DNA from: Bacillota bacterium
GTDB taxonomy: Bacteria > Bacillota > Sulfobacillia > Fermentithermobacillales > Fermentithermobacillaceae
Length of the DNA: 64,000 nucleotides
Reading direction: 5' to 3'
Assembly (NCBI GenBank): GCA_050952065.1
Contig: JBMNKF010000002.1
Coordinates: forward strand, 309,123-373,122
The notes under the pieces were generated by a model. The model ran no database searches. It saw only the letters and a list, made by a program, of their open reading frames with translations, and was not told the origin of the DNA. Of this stretch, positions 21,370-28,773 are shown in pieces. Made by a program: the position numbers and the translations under genes. Every line of letters begins with the position of its first letter. Positions within the stretch are counted from its first letter, which is position 1.

Positions 21370-22750
21370 AGAGATTTATCGAAGAATCAAGAACATGCGC
21401 CTATCTCACCGCATACATGCTGTGCGAAGGATCAACAGGGTAGCCCCGGTACCAGGGCGCAGAGTGGTAGCCATAACCTTTGACGACGGCCCGTGCGCCG
21501 CTCCCGCACGGCCCGGCTCGGAGCCCCTCACTTTGGGCATCCTCGAGGCCCTCCGGAAGTACAGGGCCAAGGGCACTTTTGACATTATAGGAACTACACA
21601 GTTCAAATACCCTGACAGAAAAGGCCCTACCGGCGGGCCGTACTGGAACGGGGTGAAATATGACCACTATCCCGAGTTCGGTGCTGATCGGTTGGCAGGC
21701 GCAGTGAACCAGCCCGACCTGGTTAAGAGGATAGTTGGGGAAGGCCACGAGCTGTCCAATCACGGGTTCACTCATGCCCCCTTTGGGCCATGCAGCTATC
21801 CGTATGCGTCTAGGCGATATCTGCCGGGGTTTGATGCCGTCCTTTGCGACTTGGTGGCTTTGGATGTATTGGTGAAGGATCTTACCGGTATCAAGATGCG
21901 CCTGGGTAGGCCGGCTCATTACATAGACAAGACGGTGGACGGCAGGGATGCGTTCGATGCTTACCGCGCTCTAGACTATCTCTATTTGGGAGCCTCGTTC
22001 GACGGAGGTGGATGGATGGCATCCAGCGGCGACTTCCATCAGGATGTGGAGGATATGGTGCGTCCCCTCGAGTCCACTCTGGCTTCAGATCCGGACAGTC
22101 TGAATGGCGCGATTATCTTCCACAAGGACGGGTACAATATGTCAGCCCAATGCCCTGCGCTGGAGGGATTGCGGCGGCAACTGGAGGTCTTGCGACGGTA
22201 CGACTATGAGGTTGTGACTGTGTCGGAACTCTGCCAGATGTCGCGATTCACCGACATTGGGCCGGATGATCCGCTATATGCCCCGCTTGAAGCTATGCTT
22301 AAGGAGGGCTACTTAGTAACTTACGCCGACAATTGCGTGAGGCCCGAAAGAAGAATAACTGTGCGCGAGTTGGGACTCATGTGCGTCCCTATGGGGGTGC
22401 AGAGGTGGCAGGGGTGTTCGTCTGGATCGTTGGCGGCGGCGAGTGTTGTTGACCGTGGCGATGCTGCTGTTGGCAGCGACTTGTGGCCGAGATGGGCTTC
22501 GCAGTCTATTCCTCAAATGCTGTCTCGAGTCTTTCTTGGTGGGCGTGTGACGGAGCGGTTTCAGGGCATTCGTCTGGACGACCTGGCCGCAGCCTGCCGC
22601 CAGTTTGTTGATGCCGCGGTTAAGGGGGATGACGAACGGCGGCGAAGGCTTTTTCTGTTGGATTCTGTAGGGCAGCCCACATTCGGTCATCAACCGGCCA
22701 ATAGGGGAGACGCCATACGGTTTCTGTCGGCCGCGCTGGTTGGCGTCTAG
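21356..22750 (+). CDS. Polysaccharide deacetylase (CE4/NodB homology) with a C-terminal extension
   Basis: VVAITFDDGP and HELSNHGFTH motifs. A GGTAGGAGG RBS precedes ATG 21356. Overlaps the ATP-grasp gene end by 14 nt. Confidence 0.75.
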   Translation: MAGPREIYRRIKNMRLSHRIHAVRRINRVAPVPGRRVVAITFDDGPCAAPARPGSEPLTLGILEALRKYRAKGTFDIIGTTQFKYPDRKGPTGGPYWNGVKYDHYPEFGADRLAGAVNQPDLVKRIVGEGHELSNHGFTHAPFGPCSYPYASRRYLPGFDAVLCDLVALDVLVKDLTGIKMRLGRPAHYIDKTVDGRDAFDAYRALDYLYLGASFDGGGWMASSGDFHQDVEDMVRPLESTLASDPDSLNGAIIFHKDGYNMSAQCPALEGLRRQLEVLRRYDYEVVTVSELCQMSRFTDIGPDDPLYAPLEAMLKEGYLVTYADNCVRPERRITVRELGLMCVPMGVQRWQGCSSGSLAAASVVDRGDAAVGSDLWPRWASQSIPQMLSRVFLGGRVTERFQGIRLDDLAAACRQFVDAAVKGDDERRRRLFLLDSVGQPTFGHQPANRGDAIRFLSAALVGV

Positions 22751-22757
22751 CGGCGTG

Positions 22758-23096
22758 TAGTGGAAAACTGCATAGGAGGGTCTCGCCGCATGATGCATGG
22801 TGCGTCGGTCTGATCCATCTGTTGCAAAACCTGCAGCCATCCGCCTCGTCCGACGCAAGAAATGTATCGGTCCGCTTCACCCGGTGCAATATCTGCATCT
22901 ATCTACCTAGTCCGACACAATAGATGTATGGGTCCGCTCCGTCCGGTGCAAAACCTGCATCAACCCGCTCCGTCCGACGCAAGAAATGTATCGGTCGGCT
23001 CCATCCGACGCAGAAACTGCAGCAATCCACCTCGTCCGACGCAAGAAATGCATCCATCCATCTCGTACATCACAAAAACTGCATCGCCCCGCTGGA
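22758..23096 (+). repeat. Tandem array A of a 31-nt repeat (8 clear units 22849-23096 plus ~3 degenerate units upstream)
   Basis: Hand-phased units, e.g. TCCGACGCAAGAAATGTATCGGTCCGCTTCA / CCCGGTGCAATATCTGCATCTATCTACCTAG / TCCGACACAATAGATGTATGGGTCCGCTCCG ... The period is exactly 31 from 22818 to 23096. Confidence 0.9.
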
Positions 23097-23136
23097 CATG
23101 CGGACGCCTTCTTGGCCTCCACGCCGAAACAACTAG

Positions 23137-24108
23137 CTAAAGAAACTTGTTTGGATCCATGAGGTACTTTATTGGGACTTCGGCGCTTACGCCGTCCGCA
23201 TATACGAGTATCAGCAAGACCTCGGAAGGAGTGGGATAATCATCCAGCCTGCCTTCGAAGACCTGAATCTCTCCTTCTGCTTGAGGCGTCGGGGCCTCGA
23301 TGGTCCGTTGAGACATGAGTGTTACTTCCTTGACCACCAGCTCCCGGTCTCGTACCTTGAGCGAGGCTCCCTGAAGTCGGTAGTGATAGTGTTCCGGCTT
23401 TGGGTTCTCGTGGACCGTAATGTCAAAAGCGAACCCTTCCTCGGCAGCCCGAATGTCCACCGAGACGGGAGAGACAAGGGCGCTCGCTTCTTGTTTGATG
23501 TGGAGGGAAAATAACTCGGTGGTTCTCATCTCACGTTCATCGGTCATCGTTACGTAGTATTCGTACTGCCCCGTACGATACATCGGTGAGGATTCGGACA
23601 CAACTGATTCTCTCTTCTCTGGAGGCTCTGAATCATTATTGCTGGAATACGCTATCGATACCAGAGGTTCTGGCTGGATGGTATGGTCAAACGTAATCCT
23701 AAACCCGCCTCCGCCTGTGCTTTCAGCGGGATAGGGGGTGAAATCAGAGCCTCCGTGCTCCCTGAGGTACAGGGTGACTGAGGCACCCACCGGATACTCC
23801 CTTACCTGCCAACTGAGGGTTACAGGCTGGAATCCGTTTGAAGGCTCGCCGGGAGTGACGTCCACTTTGGATATCCATCGCGCTTCCTCGCGGAGATTCT
23901 CGACTGTGTTGCCGACCCAGTCAAGTCCATGGTCTAGGGAGTCTCGCAGGTGCGATACCTCTTTGCGGGCTTCGCCAATCGCGGTCGATAGGTCTCCTAT
24001 CCGGGACAGAGCGTATATGTTGAGGCAGATGCTAAGGGCCAAGAGCCCTACCATCAGGAATCTGGACCGTTCCACTCGCCATCCCTCCATAGTGATTGCT
24101 GTCCACAC
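23137..24108 (-). CDS. Hypothetical single-pass membrane protein (N-terminal TM, short coiled-coil, beta-rich extracytoplasmic domain)
   Basis: 323-aa ORF. TM FLMVGLLALSICLNIYAL, then a heptad-like DLSTAIGEARKEVSHLRDSL. No recognisable catalytic motif. The start could also be Met7 (24090). Confidence 0.6.
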   Translation of the reverse strand: MWTAITMEGWRVERSRFLMVGLLALSICLNIYALSRIGDLSTAIGEARKEVSHLRDSLDHGLDWVGNTVENLREEARWISKVDVTPGEPSNGFQPVTLSWQVREYPVGASVTLYLREHGGSDFTPYPAESTGGGGFRITFDHTIQPEPLVSIAYSSNNDSEPPEKRESVVSESSPMYRTGQYEYYVTMTDEREMRTTELFSLHIKQEASALVSPVSVDIRAAEEGFAFDITVHENPKPEHYHYRLQGASLKVRDRELVVKEVTLMSQRTIEAPTPQAEGEIQVFEGRLDDYPTPSEVLLILVYADGVSAEVPIKYLMDPNKFL

Positions 24109-24171
24109 CTCTTCCGTGCTGAAAACCTACTGCTTTGTAGGTTAGGCAATGCCCGCTCTCGCAATTTCATC

Positions 24172-24197
24172 AATATATCACCACAATATATCACCAC
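24172..24197 (-). promoter_or_regulatory. Perfect 13-nt tandem duplication carrying extended -10-like elements upstream of the 23137..24108 gene
   Basis: The + strand reads AATATATCACCAC twice. On the coding (minus) strand this is GTGGTGATATATT GTGGTGATATATT, i.e. TGaTATATT twice, 65-90 nt upstream of the start codon. Confidence 0.4.
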
Positions 24198-24233
24198 ATG
24201 GGCAGTAGAATGCAAGTGGGGCAAGAAGAAAGC

Positions 24234-24667
24234 CCCGACGCAAGAAATGTATCGGTCCGCTCCACCCGGTGCAAGAACTGCATCCATCTGCCTCGTCCGA
24301 CGCAAAAACTGCATCGGTCCGCTTCACCCGGTGCAATACCTGCATCTATCTACCTAGTCCGCCACAAGAAATGTATGGGTCAACTCCGTCCGACGCAAGA
24401 ACTGCATCCATCTGCCTCGTCCGACGCAAAAACTGCATCGGTCCGCTTCACCCGGTGCAATACCTGCATCTATCTACCTAGTCCGCCACAAGAAATGTAT
24501 GGGTCCGCTCCGTCCGACGCAAAAACTGCATCAATCCGTCTCGCACATTACAAAAACTGCGTCGACCCGCAGCCCGATGCGAAAAATGCGACGAGTCGAG
24601 AGCCCCGACGCAAGAACTGCATCAACCCACTCCCTCCGACGCAAAAACTGCATCCACCCAGACATCC
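24234..24667 (+). repeat. Tandem array B of the same 31-nt repeat (10 clear plus 4 degenerate units) with a 124-nt higher-order structure
   Basis: Units were phased by hand at 24234, 24265, ... 24637. 24296-24357 is identical to 24420-24481 (62/62). 24265-24388 vs 24389-24512 differ at ~5 of 124 positions. Orientation and subfamily order match array A. Confidence 0.92.
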
Positions 24668-24800
24668 ACCCGGTCGAAAAGCCCCCAAAAACCGGCTGCA
24701 GTCTCAAGAAAGCGTCCTTCCAGTCCACGACTAGCTGGAAAGGGATAACTGCCAGTGGCGGAGAATAGCCTGGAAAACTATCGTCTATCATTTCGCCGCT

Positions 24801-25541
24801 TTGGGGGAATTTCTATTGGACGAACCTATCCTTCGAACCGTAAACTTAACCAAGTCTTTTCATTTGGGTCAAACAATTTACGCAGTGCAAAACGTCAACA
24901 TGGTCGTAGACAAAGGCGAGTTTGTGGCCATAATGGGCCCATCGGGCAGCGGCAAGAGCACCTTGCTTTCGCTTTTGGGCGGGTTGGATAGGCCGCAAAG
25001 TGGTGATGTGCTCCTTTCGGGCCAGCGCTATTCGACGCTGTCCGAAGGCGGTCTCGCCAGAATCCGAAGGTACCAGGTGGGGTTCGTGTTCCAGTTCTTC
25101 AACTTGATCGCACACCTAACTGCCCTCGAGAACGTGGTTCTACCCATGCGGTTCGGTAAAATGAGCCGACGCGCTATGCTGGCACGAGCCGACCACCTTC
25201 TGGAAACGGTTGGCCTCAGCCATAGGAAGAACCACAAGCCCCTGGAGTTGTCCGGAGGGGAGCAACAGCGGGTCGCCATTGCAAGGGCTTTGGCCAACGA
25301 ACCGGCCATCATATTGGCGGATGAGCCCACAGGCAACCTTGACTCCAAGACATCCCGGGAGATTGGCGAGGTATTCCATAGGCTCAATGAAGAGAACGGT
25401 CAGACCTTTGTGGTCGTTACCCATGACGCCTCACTAAGAAAGTGGGCGCACCGGACCATTTGGATGCTGGATGGACAGATCGAAAAGATTGAACAGGGCG
25501 GGCTCGTTAACCAAGATTTGGGCGACGCCCAGGGAGGCTAG
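24801..25541 (+). CDS. ABC transporter ATP-binding protein, MacB/LolD/FtsE-like (copy 1)
   Basis: Walker [11 protein letters not shown]-loop, signature [15 protein letters not shown], Walker [13 protein letters not shown]-loop VVTHD. TTG start. Confidence 0.9.
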   Translation: MGEFLLDEPILRTVNLTKSFHLGQTIYAVQNVNMVVDKGEFVAIMGPSGSGKSTLLSLLGGLDRPQSGDVLLSGQRYSTLSEGGLARIRRYQVGFVFQFFNLIAHLTALENVVLPMRFGKMSRRAMLARADHLLETVGLSHRKNHKPLELSGGEQQRVAIARALANEPAIILADEPTGNLDSKTSREIGEVFHRLNEENGQTFVVVTHDASLRKWAHRTIWMLDGQIEKIEQGGLVNQDLGDAQGG

Positions 25542-27275
25542 ATGATGGCCAAATCGATTCTTCATATCCAGGTGGGCAACTCAATCACGAGGGCTCAGGC
25601 GCTGCAGGTGGGCGATGGCAAGATTACCCCAAAGGCATACGGCCTGTGTCCCACTCCTTCCTTGACCCTAGAAGAAGACAGAACTCAAGGTATCGGCTTT
25701 GCCATCCAACAAATGGAGGAGCGGATGGCAGAGCAGGGCGCCTCTTTGGAACCCCAAGAGATACTGGTTACTTTGAGCGTTGGGGGGGAGCCCAGCGCGG
25801 TATGCGCAGGGGTCGTCAAGGGGATTTCGGGCGAATCGGCCAAGAGAGCTGCCTTGTCCGCAGGTGCCACAGTCACCGATCTCATCTGCATAGATGATGG
25901 GCGGGAAGACTTTCAGCGAGTGTCTGACTTAAGCAGGCAAGACATATCCGTGGTGGTTCTGGCAGGCGGAGTAGATGCAGAAATAATGGAATCGGGAAGT
26001 CACCAACTCCTGAGCATCGCCAAGATACTGGCTCAAGGTCTCCCCAAGAAGCATGGCAGCCAGAAAAAGGTTCCTTTGATCTACGCTGCATCGCTGGACG
26101 CACGGGAAGAAGTCATGAGGATCATGGGCGATGACATCGAGATAATCTGGGCAGACAACGTCCGGTCTAGACTGGAGGAAGAGCATCTGGAGTCAGCCCG
26201 AAACGCTGTGGTGGATGCTTTCGCCCAAAGCGTTGGCTTAGATGGCAGGTTCAGTGGGTTAGGGCGTCTGGGTTCTCCCCAAGTGCTTCCTTCGGGCTAT
26301 GCAAAAGGGATGGGCGTTGAGAGACTCTACAGTGAGAGTAAAGAAAACGTGTTGGGTTTCTCTTTGGATGGAGACTCTGTACAGGTGTTCTCCTATATCG
26401 GAGGAGTCTTCACCCGTACCGTGACATCGATTGATGCAGTGGATTCCCGCAAGGTTGCCAAATGGTTGCCAACGCCGAGCCTCACCGGGAATCTTGAGGA
26501 GATGTTGGCCAACCTCAGACTTCACCCATGGATTGTGCCGGCCGGCTGGGACGAATTAGCGGTTTACCTGGCGTTTTGGAAAGAAGTCATCAGAGAAGGA
26601 ATCGCCGAACACAAGGAAAGCGCCATCGAACTTCGGGGAATCCAAAGACCGAGAAAGATAGATGAGACTTTTGAGGTTAGAGTTTCAGGCGGCGATACCA
26701 TACTCAAGGCCCACGACATACGCAAGGTAGTGGTGACGGGTGTTCTGTCCCACATCCTTTCGGAGAGGGCTCTGCTTTCCCTGATAATGGATGGTGCGAA
26801 CCTCAGCGGCGTCACCGCAATCTATCGAGATCCGTGGGATGTGCTGCCGGTTGTAGGGTCGTTATCCCCGGGCAACGTGAGCATCGAGGATCACCTGAAA
26901 TCCTTGGGGGTTCTGGTGGGACCCGGTCAGGACAGAGACCGAGTTGGCACCAGGTGGGTTTTCTCGGGCACAGGGTCTTCTCTTGAGCCCTTACCTGTGA
27001 GACCCAACGAGATAGTGCCCGTTGATCTGAATGGCGGCGGCGAGATCGACATTGTCTTGGAACCTTCGCGAACCGAAGACCTGGGAAACGGTAAGGGCCA
27101 TAAGGTGTGGGCGAGAGTGGCATCGGGTTTCACCCAAGTCTATCTCGACGGTCGCCCTCGAACCATGATCCGGTCTGTGGAGAGAATTGCTGCTCAAGAT
27201 ATTCTCAAGTGGTATGGAAACTTGGGAGTGTTCCCTCAGGAAGTCCTATCCGCTTGGTCGGGAGGTAGGGCCTGA
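25542..27275 (+). CDS. GlmL/MutL-like actin-fold (ASKHA) protein with degenerate nucleotide-binding motifs (copy 1)
   Basis: 577 aa, clearly paralogous to 32266..34083 (ESAKRAALSAGATVTDLICIDD vs ESAYRAALGAGAIVCDVLSLDD; KVPLIYAASLDAREEV vs KIPLIYAGNVDARDLV). However, the phosphate-1 motif is QVGNSITR instead of DVGSTTTK. The ATG directly abuts the upstream stop. Confidence 0.7.
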   Translation: MMAKSILHIQVGNSITRAQALQVGDGKITPKAYGLCPTPSLTLEEDRTQGIGFAIQQMEERMAEQGASLEPQEILVTLSVGGEPSAVCAGVVKGISGESAKRAALSAGATVTDLICIDDGREDFQRVSDLSRQDISVVVLAGGVDAEIMESGSHQLLSIAKILAQGLPKKHGSQKKVPLIYAASLDAREEVMRIMGDDIEIIWADNVRSRLEEEHLESARNAVVDAFAQSVGLDGRFSGLGRLGSPQVLPSGYAKGMGVERLYSESKENVLGFSLDGDSVQVFSYIGGVFTRTVTSIDAVDSRKVAKWLPTPSLTGNLEEMLANLRLHPWIVPAGWDELAVYLAFWKEVIREGIAEHKESAIELRGIQRPRKIDETFEVRVSGGDTILKAHDIRKVVVTGVLSHILSERALLSLIMDGANLSGVTAIYRDPWDVLPVVGSLSPGNVSIEDHLKSLGVLVGPGQDRDRVGTRWVFSGTGSSLEPLPVRPNEIVPVDLNGGGEIDIVLEPSRTEDLGNGKGHKVWARVASGFTQVYLDGRPRTMIRSVERIAAQDILKWYGNLGVFPQEVLSAWSGGRA

Positions 27276-28426
27276 TGATGTTGTATGCTGTGAGCAAGCC
27301 GAGAGCCATTAGGAACGTAGAGGTTGTGAGGCTTCGTCCTTTCAGTTCAGTGGGGCAAGCGGAGGTGGCTCCGGGCGCAGAAGTAACATGGGATAGCCTT
27401 GTAGGTACTTACTCCTCAAGAAAGAGGATTAGGAGGGTGCGGGTTGAGGCTTCCAATGACACCATGGTCGCCACAGTCCTGGTTCAAGAAGGTCAGCTGG
27501 TGAAACGCGGCGAGGTCTTGGCCTATTATTCTTATCTCTTCGGCCTGGGGTACACAGAGTATGTGTCTCCTTGTGATGGGGAGGTAATGTCTATAAACCC
27601 AGTGATAGGAGCGATTCTCATCAAAGAGTCGCCCATGGAGTTAAGAAGCAACCTCCCAGGCGTTGTGGCCAGGTCCGAAGACGCCATCGGTGTCTGGGTG
27701 AGGTCTTTCGGAGACCTCACAGAGGGCGTCGCAGGCGCCGGTTATGGCCGCTCAGGCATCTTAACTCTGAAGGCGACTCATATCGGTCCCCAGGATCAAG
27801 GCAAAGTCATCGTGGTGGAGCGGTCTCCAACCCAAGAACTCATTGAAGAATGCCTTCGATACCGCGTGGCCGGGCTTGTGGTTGGGAGCATTAGGCAACG
27901 CCTCTTTGAGTGGTACAAGGGGATTGCCCAGTCTCTGGATTGGACCGAGTTCCTAGCGCGGTATTGGGCTAGAGACGCCAAGAAACAAGAGGACGCGCCG
28001 CCTGCCACCGAAATTGTCCCGGCACTGGTGGTGACCGAGGGTTTCGGTGACATTCCCATTAATGCGAAAGCTCAAGAAATGTTGGCAGAGCATGAGGGCG
28101 AGAGGATCTTCATCGACGGGTCTATGGATTGGGCTCAAGAGCCGTGGGTTTTTGCCCCCATCAACCCAGGGCAGCCTTCGGCACGTCATTTGTCGCCGGG
28201 TGCACTTGGGGAGGATCACGGGTTGGGCCGACAACTATCCCAGGTTGTGCCCGGCACCAAAGTCAGGATCCTCGGCATGTCGCGGACGGCCTTGATAGGT
28301 ACTGTGATGGAGATTTCTCCCAATATGGTCCTGGAAAACGGGATAGTGACACCGGGAGCCAAGGTGGTCACTGACGGTGGGGAGACACTCACGGTATCGT
28401 TCCTAAACATCCAGGCCGTCAACTGA
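27275..28426 (+). CDS. Uncharacterised cytoplasmic protein: barrel-sandwich-hybrid (lipoyl-like) domain, central domain, KOW/SH3-like C-terminus (copy 1)
   Basis: 383 aa, no TM or signal peptide. Lipoyl-like halves VLVQEGQLVKRGEVLAYY ... VSPCDGEVMSI. Paralogous to 34085..35509 (ALVVTEGFGDIPINAKAQEMLAEHEGERIFIDGS vs TAVIMEGFGKVPMSQDTWDLLVSLEGKVASIDGT). ATGA overlap with the upstream gene. Confidence 0.6.
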   Translation: MMLYAVSKPRAIRNVEVVRLRPFSSVGQAEVAPGAEVTWDSLVGTYSSRKRIRRVRVEASNDTMVATVLVQEGQLVKRGEVLAYYSYLFGLGYTEYVSPCDGEVMSINPVIGAILIKESPMELRSNLPGVVARSEDAIGVWVRSFGDLTEGVAGAGYGRSGILTLKATHIGPQDQGKVIVVERSPTQELIEECLRYRVAGLVVGSIRQRLFEWYKGIAQSLDWTEFLARYWARDAKKQEDAPPATEIVPALVVTEGFGDIPINAKAQEMLAEHEGERIFIDGSMDWAQEPWVFAPINPGQPSARHLSPGALGEDHGLGRQLSQVVPGTKVRILGMSRTALIGTVMEISPNMVLENGIVTPGAKVVTDGGETLTVSFLNIQAVN

Positions 28427-28606
28427 CACAGGCCATCAATAAAGAAAAGAAGTGTAGATAAGGTTTCGGACGAAACAAGAAAAGAACAGAGATTCTTCAA
28501 GGATCCGAAAGGGCTGAAGGTCAAGGGCTTCGCCAAGTTGGCTGACCTTAGCCTTCTTGTTCTCGTTGGATCCTCTGTTCAGATGCAACCTTGTTCTTGC
28601 TGACCT

Positions 28607-28703
28607 CTTCGTTCCGGTTAGCCACTTCCACCGGCCCTCCGACCACTCTCACGCGATTTTCGTGGTTACCGCTAAGCCCTTCGTTCCGGTTCAACACCTC
28701 CAC
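28607..28703 (+). repeat. Two 25-nt direct repeats inside the only long intergenic gap of the operon
   Basis: CTTCGTTCCGGTTAGCCACTTCCAC (28607-28631) and CTTCGTTCCGGTTCAACACCTCCAC (28679-28703), 21/25 identical, 72 nt apart. Confidence 0.7.
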
Positions 28704-28773
28704 GAGGCGTTGATGGCCCGGCAATTCTGGAAGGGATGCGCTTTCTCGATGACGAAACCACGCTATTGCAGAG

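Noticed and set aside
22758-24667. Possible CRISPR arrays, given the many ~31-nt direct repeats
   Set aside because: The units are contiguous (period 31) with no unique spacers between them. They are degenerate subfamilies of a single repeat, and no cas genes are nearby. This is a tandem (minisatellite-like) array, not CRISPR.
22862-24791. ORF-track entries lying in the repeat arrays (22862..23140, 22907..23122, 22924..23136, 24054..24314, 24198..24734, 24269..24481, 24499..24768, 24531..24791) as candidate repeat proteins
   Set aside because: The repeat period (31 nt) and the higher-order period (124 nt) are not multiples of 3. The same DNA is open in several frames on both strands simply because the unit lacks stop codons. 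No RBS or start context was found.
24668-24800. Sigma-70 or sigma-54 promoter for the ABC/GlmL operon just after array B
   Set aside because: Candidate hexamers (TAGCCT..TATCAT; TGGAAA..) have wrong spacing or poor matches. No convincing promoter could be called from the sequence alone.
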